Source: a virus
DNA: 64,000 nucleotides
Strand: one strand, 5' to 3'
IMG/VR virus record: IMGVR_UViG_3300028883_000041
Coordinates: 1 to 64,000 of that record
The notes beneath the pieces were generated by a model. The model was not told where the DNA came from. It saw only the letters and a list, made by a program, of their open reading frames with translations, and made no database searches. The position numbers were made by a program, and so were the translations under genes. Positions 10,279 through 19,970 of this stretch are shown here, in pieces. The stretch's first letter is position 1. Each line of letters starts with the position of its first letter.

Positions 10279-10474
10279 TGATTTACCAGAGGACTTTTTA
10301 GAGGTCTATGACTATATAGCATGGTATGGAGAAGATTGTAACTTACATGAGAGTTCTATATATCAGAGATTTAGTGGGAGTATGACATCAGAGAACATAG
10401 AAGAGATAATTAACAAACTACTGAAACTGGGGTTCATCTATGAACCAAGAGCCCACTACTATAGAGCTGTTTAA
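10268..10474 (+). CDS. Stand-alone winged helix resembling the archaeal MCM C-terminal WH domain
   Basis: IEEIINKLLKLGFIYEPRAHYYRAV; AGGAGG upstream of ATG at 10268. Confidence 0.6.
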   Translation: MQVDDLPEDFLEVYDYIAWYGEDCNLHESSIYQRFSGSMTSENIEEIINKLLKLGFIYEPRAHYYRAV

Positions 10475-10501
10475 GATGTAAGATGTTAGAAGGTAATTAT
10501 A

Positions 10502-10942
10502 ATGAGTGAATGGTTTGAAAAGCTAAAGTCAAAAACAAGGGTAATAGAATTGAATGATAACACTTACTGGAAGGTAAAGAAGGATGCTCCTAAAACTGAA
10601 AAATGTCTGAATGCTTTTACTAATCTGCTCAAGAAGAAAGGAAAGTCTGTGAAACCTAATAAGATATTTGTTTCTTTCGATGGTTATTATCTTGGAGTAT
10701 ATTTCATATACAAAGACCTAAAAGAATTTGATTGGACAGAACATATTTATGAGCTTGTATGGATGATGTTAAAGAAGAAGGCTATCTTTCGTAATATTAA
10801 GATATCAGAAGGTGAAATTGTTGCCTTTTTTGCCATGAAAAACGCTGAGGACGTATATATTAATGATGGGTCCATCTATTATATTAAAGAAGACGATTTT
10901 AAGTCTTATTTATCTACTTTTAGGGATTTGAACGGTGTATGA
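10502..10942 (+). CDS. Hypothetical protein
   Basis: 146-aa ORF coupled to the SemiSWEET gene. Confidence 0.7.
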   Translation: MSEWFEKLKSKTRVIELNDNTYWKVKKDAPKTEKCLNAFTNLLKKKGKSVKPNKIFVSFDGYYLGVYFIYKDLKEFDWTEHIYELVWMMLKKKAIFRNIKISEGEIVAFFAMKNAEDVYINDGSIYYIKEDDFKSYLSTFRDLNGV

Positions 10943-11208
10943 GTGTAGAATTAGTAATAGGTTGGATAGCAACTATCTTAACCACCTCATGTAATCTACC
11001 TCAATCTATAAAGGTTTTCAGAACTGGTAGAAGTGAAGATATATCTTATGTTTTTATTTTGTTCTTACTTATAGGTATGGTATTCTGGTTATCCTATTCT
11101 ATTCTTATTAATGATGTTCCATTAATGGTAACTAATATCATAGGTCTTGTTACAACTGCCCCCATTTTGTTACATAAACTAATTGTTCAAAACAACCGAA
11201 AGGTTTAA
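10939..11208 (+). CDS. SemiSWEET / PQ-loop (MtN3) family sugar transporter
   Basis: 89 aa, 3 TM helices, LPQSIKVFRTGRSEDIS PQ-loop, conserved W in TM2 and N in TM3 (PLMVTN). Confidence 0.88.
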   Translation: MSVELVIGWIATILTTSCNLPQSIKVFRTGRSEDISYVFILFLLIGMVFWLSYSILINDVPLMVTNIIGLVTTAPILLHKLIVQNNRKV

Positions 11209-11235
11209 ATATTGTATTACCATATTGTATCACAG
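11196..11235 (+). promoter_or_regulatory. BRE/TATA promoter with tandem operator-like boxes
   Basis: CCGAAAGGTTTAAATA identical to 6180-6195, followed by ATTGTATTAC and ATTGTATCACAG. Confidence 0.75.
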
Positions 11236-11242
11236 AACTAAA

Positions 11243-11908
11243 ATGACCGAAAACATATTCAAAGAATTCACCTTACCAACACGCAGACAGCTGATGATTT
11301 TGAAAGGAAAAAGTGAGCTGACTGTTAAAGAGGTAGCAGATTTATTCGGCTACCATGATGGAACGGTGAGAAGGAAGATACATCAAGGGGAAATCCCAGC
11401 GATGAAGCGTGACAAATACTATATACCAGCAAAGAGTATGTATAAAATAGTCTCAACACTTATGTTAGCATTGTCTAATATAGAGATTAAAGAGAAGGAT
11501 ACTCCATCAATATATAGTAGAACCATTTATACAGCAACTTTAATGCATCCAGAACTGGATTTAAAAGTGAGAATAACTTTTGATGTGAAAGTAGATTACA
11601 TAGCAGATAATCTGGTAGATTTCAATATTCATATATTGAAGATTAATGGTGCTGAACCAAACGCTTCTGGTAAGAATTGTATAGCTAAAGTAGAAGTAAG
11701 ATATGATGACAAGAACCTCATAGAACATATGTATATCAGTAAAAAATGGATAGGAGAGAATGACTATGATTCTCAATCAATGTTTCAAACAATGGGGTAT
11801 AAATGGAAAATGGTAATCTATTGGATTGCTAACTATTTCATACTCAAGTTCCATAGAGAAGAGATGAGAGACTTTATTCCACAACTGGAGGAAAAAGGAA
11901 ATGAGTAA
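11243..11908 (+). CDS. Excisionase-like HTH (HTH_17) DNA-binding protein with extra C-terminal domain
   Basis: LTVKEVADLFGYHDGTVRRKIHQGEIPAMK...YYIP; start moved to MTENIF downstream of the promoter. Confidence 0.75.
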   Translation: MTENIFKEFTLPTRRQLMILKGKSELTVKEVADLFGYHDGTVRRKIHQGEIPAMKRDKYYIPAKSMYKIVSTLMLALSNIEIKEKDTPSIYSRTIYTATLMHPELDLKVRITFDVKVDYIADNLVDFNIHILKINGAEPNASGKNCIAKVEVRYDDKNLIEHMYISKKWIGENDYDSQSMFQTMGYKWKMVIYWIANYFILKFHREEMRDFIPQLEEKGNE

Positions 11909-12194
11909 GGTAAAAAATTTTAGAGTACCAGACAGTATTAAAGATTACTTCAAAGAAAGAGGAGAAAAGATAGCAAACATATTCAGACTTGCAAGAATTA
12001 CTCCTATAGTTGTAGAGAAGTCAATCATAAATGAGTATTATGCTGGGTCAGAGACACCAATAAGATTGTCTGATGATGAGTATGATACTATCAAAGATGA
12101 AGCAGATAAGTTAGATATGTTGCCTACAGTATATATGAGATTACTGATGATTAACTACTACCAGCTTGAGAATATGGAGGGTTATCAGCAATGA
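11901..12194 (+). CDS. Putative tandem ribbon-helix-helix DNA-binding protein
   Basis: VKNFRVPDSIKD and TPIRLSDDEYDTIKDEADKLDMLPTVYMRLL patterns. Confidence 0.5.
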   Translation: MSKVKNFRVPDSIKDYFKERGEKIANIFRLARITPIVVEKSIINEYYAGSETPIRLSDDEYDTIKDEADKLDMLPTVYMRLLMINYYQLENMEGYQQ

Positions 12195-12361
12195 CAGTAA
12201 TATGTCCAAACTGCCAATATCATACAACTAAGAACAATGAATACAGACAATTTACAAGTTCTGTCGTTTATAAGTGTAACAATGAGAACTGTGGAATGGT
12301 GTTCAAAGTAGTGATATTCAAAGAGCCTAAAGAATGGATTAACTTGGAGGAGAATGAATAA
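12191..12361 (+). CDS. Ogr/Delta-like zinc finger (not in ORF track)
   Basis: MTVICPNCQ...VVYKCNNENCGMVF; ATGA and TAATG overlaps with neighbours. Confidence 0.65.
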   Translation: MTVICPNCQYHTTKNNEYRQFTSSVVYKCNNENCGMVFKVVIFKEPKEWINLEENE

Positions 12362-14947
12362 TGCCAAAATGTGATATGTGTGGAGACGAAACCAGTTCTT
12401 CTGATTTGACTACTTATGGTATATGGGAATTCTGTGAAGAGTGTGATATTGATGCTGATTGGGCAATCAGAAACATGCTCAGAGAATATGAGAAACAACT
12501 TGAGAACAATCCAGAAACAGAAGCTCAAAGATTAAGAGATAAAGGAATTGATTAAAATGACATTAGTAGATGTAGAATTTGGATTTGATGATTTAACAGA
12601 AAAAGAGAAAAAAGAGTTCAGAAAAGTATTTACTCTACCAAAAAACTACAAAGGTTTTAGAGGTATCTATACTGGAGGAGTATTGACACCAGATAGTTAT
12701 CTTCCAAACGATAAAGTAAAGAGCTTTCCAGACAGAATGCCTCTTGGAGTAGAGAATTACGGAGTAGCTGATAACATAGACCAAGTTATCTTTCTTTATG
12801 GAAACATTCTGGAAGAGGACGAGAGAAAGTGGTTTATCCATTTTGATGTTATCAAAAAGAAACACCAGCCTAAATTATGGGGTTGGAGATGGCATAAGTG
12901 GGGACCTTACATTGGTTGCCAAGAACCCACTGAAGAATACTTGAAAGATGAGCCTAAAATCAAGAAGGTGATAATCTTTCATTTATATGAGGTGATAAAA
13001 TGAAAAAATACAGATATAAAGTAAAATGTATCTACTATTGGCAAGTTGATGGAGAGCAAGATGGACCAGAACAAGATAGTACATTGTTCCATTTTTCTGA
13101 CCGTGAGGATTTGACAGTAGAAGAGATTGTGTATAATATTGAACATGCAGCTTTTGATGCAGAAGAGACCGCCTTTGTAAAAATAAAGGGTATCCATGAG
13201 ATTACTATGGAGGAGATTGAATGAAATTCACAGCACTATTTAGAGATATTGGTGAGAACGCCAAACACACTGAACCATGGGAAGAGACCCATGAAATAGA
13301 TGAAGTGAAGTCTGAAGAGGATGCTATAGAGTGGTGTAAGAAGACCATTGAATGGTTCAATCGAACACATCCAGACCCTAAAGAAGCTGACCGAGAATTT
13401 ATTGGTTTAAAGAAGTTCTATGGGGAAATTTCTTATGCTAATCACGATTGGCATAAAGATTGCCTTCATACTCTCAAAGATAAGAGAGGATTATATGACA
13501 AACAGAAATGTGGTAGATGTGGGATTACTGGAAAGAGACGTGGTCTTAGAGGTTTTGTTGAAAGAGATTATCGATACAGACATAAAGACTTTGCCAGATG
13601 CGATACCTCTCTCAAGAGACTTGGAATGTGGGAAGATTTCATAGGAGACGAAGAAGATGAGTAGTCCAGTATGCTTTTTCTGCGGAAAAAACCACTATCC
13701 TCTTTGGATATGTACCAAATGTGGTTTCATAAACTGTGATGGTTGTGATGACGAATTAATAGAAGAAATCGGTAGATATTATGAAATAAACTGTCCTAAT
13801 TGTCATACTGATGAATATTGGGAAGAGCTTTGGTATGACAAAAAGGAGAAAGTATGGAAAGTAGGAGATGAACTATATAAGGAGGAGGACTGGGAATGAT
13901 ATCAAAGACAAAATATCAAAAGAAATATTAGGAGACTTGGATGAAGATGAGTAGAGCAATAGTAGTTGATGAATTCAAAGTAGGTAAAAGAAAGTGCGTA
14001 GTAGTCAAGATGATTGACAAAGGAAGATATGTTACATCTCTTGGATACTGGCATAATGGCTATGTCCAGAAGCATAAGAGAACCAAGAAAAGAGGTTGGT
14101 CTTATGATAAGGCTATGTCAGAATGTGGCGAAGACCTCCCAGAAGAACTGACCTTTGAAGGAAAGTTAGGAGCATTATTAACTGATGAGACCGAATATTG
14201 GGGATTTGATACTATGCATGTAGGAGATAATGCAGAAACACAGAAATTTGAAACTGTTAGATACAGAACCATAGAGTTAGCAAAGTATCTGATTAAAAAG
14301 AGGATATAGAAATGACAACAAAGCGTGAATTAGCAGAAATTAAGGAAATAGGAGTATTAGAGTATATAGCCAGTGTTGAAGGAAAACTTGAAAAAGATTT
14401 TATCAATGGAGACATCATGGAGTTGTATGAAGATGAAGAGGTCAACAGACTGATAAATCATTTGAAACAGCTCGAAAGTGAAGTCAAGAGCATAAAATCG
14501 ACACTCAAGAAAGTAGATGAAGTAGCTATGGATGCTTTATCCAGAAGAGGGATAAAGAAAGCAGAGAACAACTTCATGAAGATTGCACTGGTTGAACAGA
14601 CCAGATATTCTATAGATGACCAGAAACTCGAAACCTTTTTATCCAAATATGGTAAATCTAAAACAGAGTTTCAGAAATCTAAGGAAATTAAATTCCTTAA
14701 GAAGACCATGAAAAAAGGTGATTAAATGCTCTGGTATCAATTAATAGCTTTAGTAGTAGTTTGGGTAGCAATGTTTGCTACACCAGCTTTTTTCTATTTA
14801 ATCATAGCATGGATACAATTAGCTCTAAGAGACAGAACAAAGTTTAAAGAAAAAAAATATGTCTTGTGGATGATTGTTTTAGTTTTAATGGAAGTAATTT
14901 GTATTGTTACTATAGTTTTAATAGGAATGAGCGGAACTCTATCATGA
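12361..14947 (+). other. Run of small rightward ORFs (12361-12555, 12548-13003, 13000-13224, 13221-13664, 13657-13899, 13941-14309, 14312-14725, 14726-14947)
   Basis: Coupled ORFs with SD motifs; includes Zn fingers, phage-type WRWHKWGPYIG (12548) and YWGFDTMH (13941) proteins, a coiled-coil (14312) and a 2-TM protein (14726). Confidence 0.7.
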
Positions 14948-15226
14948 GTGCATTCTTGTTTTATGAATGTTTAATCCTCTTTTTGAGGATAACTCTTTTC
15001 CGCAAACATCACATATGAAGTAAATTGATGCTTCAATTTCTATGTTTTTATCGAGTTCTTCTGGAAATTCCTCTTCAACATCTACTTCTGCAACCAGTTC
15101 TTCTGGAGTTTCAACGTTTAAAGTAGAAGGCTCTACTTCAATTTGGTAACTCGCTGGAACTTCTATTCTAACAATCTTTTTTTCTGGTATCTCTAACTTC
15201 TTTTTCTTTCGTTTAAATAATCCCAT
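14942..15226 (-). CDS. C2H2 zinc-finger protein
   Basis: C-terminal FICDVCGKELSSKRGLNIHKTRMH. Confidence 0.75.
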   Translation of the reverse strand: MGLFKRKKKKLEIPEKKIVRIEVPASYQIEVEPSTLNVETPEELVAEVDVEEEFPEELDKNIEIEASIYFICDVCGKELSSKRGLNIHKTRMHS

Positions 15227-15230
15227 AATA

Positions 15231-15566
15231 TCACTTCTTTTTCTTTCTTAAAATCTTCCTCTCAGAAGTTTTGATATCTCCATTATTGATTTTCTCTTTA
15301 ATTTCATAATATCTACTCAATTTGAGAGGGTCAATCTTATACACTGGTGTTTGACTGTTTTTCTTATCGAATGCAATCTCTAACACATCGTAGTATCTGA
15401 AAGAATTGATGTGATGATGCACTGTACCAGCTGCAACTCCAGCTTTTTCTGCTAACTCTTTAGCGGACCACCACTGAAACTTGCCCAATGCGTTTTTTTC
15501 CTCAAGACAGTTAAATATTATATCTCTTGTTGTTAATGGTACAACTTCACCGTTGTTTAGTGGCAT
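15231..15566 (-). CDS. Winged-helix DNA-binding protein
   Basis: SAKELAEKAGVAAGTVHHHINSF HTH plus wing. Confidence 0.7.
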   Translation of the reverse strand: MPLNNGEVVPLTTRDIIFNCLEEKNALGKFQWWSAKELAEKAGVAAGTVHHHINSFRYYDVLEIAFDKKNSQTPVYKIDPLKLSRYYEIKEKINNGDIKTSERKILRKKKK

Positions 15567-15684
15567 TTTTTCATCACTAATTTAAAGATATCAATACCTT
15601 TATATAAGTTTATTGTTTTGAACTCTTTGAATTCGCATATGGAAATTAGTTATGAAAAAAAAATGAAAAAGGACGATATATCGA

Positions 15685-15981
15685 TTATTTCGCCTTATTC
15701 TTGTATTTTATGAAATTTTCTGGGGTGGTGTAAAAGTTCGCACCCACTTTGATTAATTTTCCTTCTCCAACCAATTCATTGACAGATTTTGCAATATGAA
15801 ATTTATCAGCATAAGGATACTCTCTGGGAACGTTCATTATTCTCCCAAGGTCTTTTATTGACACAAAGTATTCAGTTGCCTCTAATTTTTCTAAAAGTCG
15901 GTCTTTGATTGCTTGGATATGTCTTTCAAATGTTGTTGCTACATCATCATCTTGTAGTGGCATTACCATCACCAAAATCAC
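15685..15981 (-). CDS. Putative winged-helix protein
   Basis: VSIKDLGRIM...SVNELVGEGKLIKVGANFY. Confidence 0.55.
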   Translation of the reverse strand: MILVMVMPLQDDDVATTFERHIQAIKDRLLEKLEATEYFVSIKDLGRIMNVPREYPYADKFHIAKSVNELVGEGKLIKVGANFYTTPENFIKYKNKAK

Positions 15982-18667
15982 CTATTGATGTTTGTTTAAT
16001 TTCTTTCTTCGGCATAGCCATTTTGATTGGTAATATTAATTGACTATAGACACTATTTAAGATATTAATATATTCTATCGTGTCTATGTCTCTCATATCA
16101 GCCAATTCTATAGGCAATACATGTTTGATTTTTTTCTTCTTAGGTTTAATAGCATGGACATATTCTATTACTGAACCTTTTTTAAATAGTAAATTATCAC
16201 TGATAGGATATGGACTCTTTTGCTTATAAACTTCTAATAACTTTTTAGCTGCTCTTACTTGAGGAACGTTAGCCTTATAATCAGATAAAGTTCTTGATAA
16301 TGTAGTACCTATACTATAATCATCAAGAGTTCCAGACCTATTCATTATTGCTAACTCATAGCTCTTTCTTGATGCTTCCAGTTTGTTTATAAGATGAGGG
16401 ATGTCAGACAGAGTAGAGCAGTTATCTCGTATGATATCGGTCCATCTTTTGAATGCATCTTTGACTATACGTGGGGTATGTTTCTTTTTACCTACTAATC
16501 CTTTAATAATCTTGCCTTTACTACCATCTTTTTTTAATTCTACTACATAGTAATTCTTTTTAGCATGAAATACTATTACTATACCACGTTCTTCCACTTC
16601 TAAATCAACGTTGTAAGTATTACGTATATAATTCACTACCTCTTCATATGCTTCTTCTTTTAGTCTGGTTAGGAACACACTGTCAGTGTCACCTCCTATC
16701 ACCAGAGCACCTATCTCTTCAAACTTCTTCTTGATTGAGAGGGTAGTCTGTTTACCAGTAGCAGTTGTACATTCAGCTGATGGAGCACAGAAAAACGGAA
16801 ATCTATCAAAAGCATTCACACCATAGGATGCATTTATTACAACTTTAAGATATTGTTCTACTGCTTTATATCCTATGACATCATCTTTATGTTGTTTGAA
16901 ATAATACACTCTAACATCTTTAACGAACCCTACCATTGTACTAAAAGTACCATCATATCTGGTGCAGACATGATGAGATGGAACAATAGATTTAAGGTCT
17001 TTTGCAAACTTTAACTCCTTATCTATCTTTTCAATAGGAACACTAAGAGTTGGATATATCTTATTGTTTTTACATTCTGGATGACCACAGTTCATAGTAT
17101 CATAACTTAGATTATGATTGACTATCATAGTAGGATACAATGATGCTACGTCTGCTACTACCAGATTAAAATGTGTTCCCATGACTGGTTCAAGAACTAT
17201 AGCACCAGCAAACTTCTTACCAGTGACAGAGACAGAATGATAACCTCCTATTTGTTCCAGTTCATACTTGTTGATATTAGGCATCTTATAATAGACTAAC
17301 AACCTCCTCATCAAATTTAAGATGACAGATGCTACCTTAGACCTACAAGCATCTTCTACTGCTTTGGTTGCTATCCTCATGGTCATCATTATCAGTTGCA
17401 TTACAATTTCATTATCAAATGTACATAAATCTAATACAAGAGAGTTATCTTGAGCATTATAATAACACAATTCTTGAGTAGGTAGGTTTGTTATTCTCCC
17501 TTCATAATCATATTTTTGTTCATCAAGTAAAGACTTAGATACATCATTAAGACTGTTCCTATCATATTTTCCTTTGAAGGCATAGTTTTTTATAGAAGGA
17601 TTACTAAAAAATCTATAGAGGTCTATGAGATACTTATCAGACACTCCTTTATTCACTCTCTCATATGACCTCTCTTCATTTTCTACTATTGTTTTATAAC
17701 CCCATATCTTATTATTTTTGATATTAAGATAGTTCATTCTACTACATAGATATGGTATATCAAACTCATCTACATTGAACCCAACAATAAACTTCTGTGG
17801 CATACCAACAAGATACTTAACTGCTTCTTTAACAAGTTCTCTTTCGTTACTGAACTCTCTTATCATATGGTTTTCATGCCTTTCATCAAAGGAACTTGCT
17901 TTAGTATTTCTGGTCACATCATCCAGTGCAAAGGTTAGATGTATCATGTTTCCATCTCTATACCAACTGAGAGTGACAGAACTAATAGGTGCTACAGCTT
18001 CAAATGCATCTATAGCATCACGATAATTGAAATCACATTCTATATCTACAGCCAATATATGTTCTTTGAATTGAGGGAATGGTGTAGTAAAGACAGACAT
18101 CAACCAATCAAAAGCAGTCTTTGGCATCTTTCCCATATACTTTTCTATTTCTGGCATAACATAGATAGGATGTTTTTTAATAGCCTTCCAATCTACATCG
18201 AGTTTCATAGTCTCTAAATCATAGGGCATACCCATTGATAGATTGTTCTCATAACAATATACTTCGTGATATTTGACATGATTATTATATACAAATTTAG
18301 GGTCAATTAATTGGCTTAGACCATTACCTTCCTTAGTATTAGTAACATAATGAGGTTTTGTTACAATGACTTTAGTTAATTTGATTGGTTGTCTTGTTCG
18401 TGGATGTGTTAATTCTATCCTCTTACAATCAACTACTTTAGCACTGTTCCAAGTAGGTTTCCCATTTACCATTAGTGTGTATTTATCTGTTTGAACTTGA
18501 AAGATATTCATTATCTGTTTTTCTGTAAGAGTGGTATAAAAAAAAGGTAAGTGGTCTTCTTCATAGGGTTTTTCTATTATCTTTCCAGTTTCGTCATCAA
18601 AGAACCTAAGTATTTGACCACTTTTAGACTTCTCTTTTGGATACATGGTCGACATGAGCCATCTCAT
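15947..18667 (-). CDS. polB: Family B DNA polymerase, archaeal PolB1-like, with C-terminal PIP box
   Basis: Exo DIECD, GFNVDEFDIPYL, YNAQD; Pol DVASLYP, KVVINASYG, GGDTDS; QTSIGDF PIP box; start at MRWL with GAGGAG SD. Confidence 0.95.
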   Translation of the reverse strand: MRWLMSTMYPKEKSKSGQILRFFDDETGKIIEKPYEEDHLPFFYTTLTEKQIMNIFQVQTDKYTLMVNGKPTWNSAKVVDCKRIELTHPRTRQPIKLTKVIVTKPHYVTNTKEGNGLSQLIDPKFVYNNHVKYHEVYCYENNLSMGMPYDLETMKLDVDWKAIKKHPIYVMPEIEKYMGKMPKTAFDWLMSVFTTPFPQFKEHILAVDIECDFNYRDAIDAFEAVAPISSVTLSWYRDGNMIHLTFALDDVTRNTKASSFDERHENHMIREFSNERELVKEAVKYLVGMPQKFIVGFNVDEFDIPYLCSRMNYLNIKNNKIWGYKTIVENEERSYERVNKGVSDKYLIDLYRFFSNPSIKNYAFKGKYDRNSLNDVSKSLLDEQKYDYEGRITNLPTQELCYYNAQDNSLVLDLCTFDNEIVMQLIMMTMRIATKAVEDACRSKVASVILNLMRRLLVYYKMPNINKYELEQIGGYHSVSVTGKKFAGAIVLEPVMGTHFNLVVADVASLYPTMIVNHNLSYDTMNCGHPECKNNKIYPTLSVPIEKIDKELKFAKDLKSIVPSHHVCTRYDGTFSTMVGFVKDVRVYYFKQHKDDVIGYKAVEQYLKVVINASYGVNAFDRFPFFCAPSAECTTATGKQTTLSIKKKFEEIGALVIGGDTDSVFLTRLKEEAYEEVVNYIRNTYNVDLEVEERGIVIVFHAKKNYYVVELKKDGSKGKIIKGLVGKKKHTPRIVKDAFKRWTDIIRDNCSTLSDIPHLINKLEASRKSYELAIMNRSGTLDDYSIGTTLSRTLSDYKANVPQVRAAKKLLEVYKQKSPYPISDNLLFKKGSVIEYVHAIKPKKKKIKHVLPIELADMRDIDTIEYINILNSVYSQLILPIKMAMPKKEIKQTSIGDFGDGNATTR

Positions 18668-18809
18668 TTCTAATCTCCTCTTGTTTCTCAAACTTATCAA
18701 AGGTAATTCTTTTGAGTCTCCCATTCTCTAATACATAGAGATTGTTTGTATAATCAGAGATATACAGTCCTTCTACTTCTGTCTCCCTAACACTAACAAA
18801 GCTCATCAC
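18624..18809 (-). CDS. Small hypothetical protein
   Basis: GAGGAG SD upstream; directly upstream of polB. Confidence 0.55.
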   Translation of the reverse strand: MMSFVSVRETEVEGLYISDYTNNLYVLENGRLKRITFDKFEKQEEIRNEMAHVDHVSKREV

Positions 18810-18942
18810 TATGCTCCTCTTTAGTTTGGGTTACATGACCGCATTTCATACATGTTATCTCTATAGTATAAGGGTCCTTCAGTCTTACTCTAAACTGTTT
18901 ACTTCCACATTCTGTACATGGTTTTATTTCTGGTTTTGACAT
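18793..18942 (-). CDS. 49-aa zinc-ribbon protein (not in ORF track)
   Basis: MSKPEIKPCTECGSKQFRVRLKDPYTIEITCMKCGHVTQTKEEHSDELC; AGGAG SD. Confidence 0.7.
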   Translation of the reverse strand: MSKPEIKPCTECGSKQFRVRLKDPYTIEITCMKCGHVTQTKEEHSDELC

Positions 18943-19763
18943 TCTTTTATTCTCCTTTTAGTTGTGTTTATAGATGCATCACTGATATCACAGACATAGT
19001 AATTACATCCAAGTTCTTCTGCTACAACAGCTGTTGTTCCACCACCACAAAATGGGTCGTATACAGTCACTGGTTCTATCCCAAATTTAGGATGTGATTT
19101 GATACACCATTCTGGTAATTGAGGGGGAAACTCGGCTGGATTGTAACGTCTGAGGTTCTGACCATATTTTAAAATAGGTATAACCCACACATCTCCTACG
19201 TCTTTATATGCTCTATCAAACTTATCTATCATACGTTGGATTGCTGGTTTATATCTTTTGTCTTTTAGATATTCTGGTGTGAGTTCTTCACCTATATTTG
19301 CTCTATTAATGAGTGTCTTTCCTTTACTAAATAGGAATATCTTCTCATAGTATCTTGAAAACGATTTATCTGTCCTCATAGCATTGGTATGTTGTTTGTT
19401 TGGCATCACCCAAATGATTTCTTGAACGAATTTCCAACTACTATTAGCCACTATTTCCCTTACGACAAAATTCATATCTTCCATACTTTGTAGGGGTGAT
19501 TTTCTATCACCTTTTAAGTTCAAATACATCAAAGAAGGTTCGTTACAGATTTTGTCGGTGGGGTGTAGGCTATAGATTAATAGGTCCAACCAATGTTCTC
19601 TGGAAACATCATCTTTGTAACCAGTATATGGGACACCGATATTATAAGGAGGTGATGTTACTACGACATCAACTTTAGGATATCCATAATGTTCGGTGTA
19701 TCCGTATACAAAGTTATGAAATGATATTGCATCGTATTGTTTAACAATCATTTTATTGGTCAT
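18924..19763 (-). CDS. Beta-class N4-cytosine/N6-adenine DNA methyltransferase
   Basis: TSPPY motif IV before YDPFCGGGTT motif I; start at MTNK behind TATA at 19787-19800. Confidence 0.9.
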   Translation of the reverse strand: MTNKMIVKQYDAISFHNFVYGYTEHYGYPKVDVVVTSPPYNIGVPYTGYKDDVSREHWLDLLIYSLHPTDKICNEPSLMYLNLKGDRKSPLQSMEDMNFVVREIVANSSWKFVQEIIWVMPNKQHTNAMRTDKSFSRYYEKIFLFSKGKTLINRANIGEELTPEYLKDKRYKPAIQRMIDKFDRAYKDVGDVWVIPILKYGQNLRRYNPAEFPPQLPEWCIKSHPKFGIEPVTVYDPFCGGGTTAVVAEELGCNYYVCDISDASINTTKRRIKECQNQK

Positions 19764-19839
19764 ATAAGTTACATTATGTTTGACCATATTTAAACCTTTT
19801 GAATGCTCGTGTATGGAAAGTGCTTCCAAAAATTTTTTG

Positions 19840-19935
19840 AAAAAACGAGAAGGCTGACCAGACCTTCTCCGAGAAACAAAGAACCCAAACAAGGAGCAAC
19901 ACAATGAGTTCAGAAATGTATCTATACGAGCATAT
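19840..19935 (-). ncRNA. Candidate ~95-nt small RNA with its own promoter and terminator
   Basis: GAAACCTTTAAATA at 19953-19966; hairpin GAGAAGG/CCTTCTC (19847-19869) followed by T6; no real ORF on this strand. Confidence 0.45.
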
Positions 19936-19970
19936 AATATTCACAATACAAATATTTAAAGGTTTCTATC

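Noticed and set aside
11243-11908. Integration/excision module
   Set aside because: Only an excisionase-like HTH; no integrase or att site recognised
19764-19904. N-terminal extension of the methyltransferase in the ORF track
   Set aside because: Spans a terminator hairpin and a TATA box; true start is probably 19763
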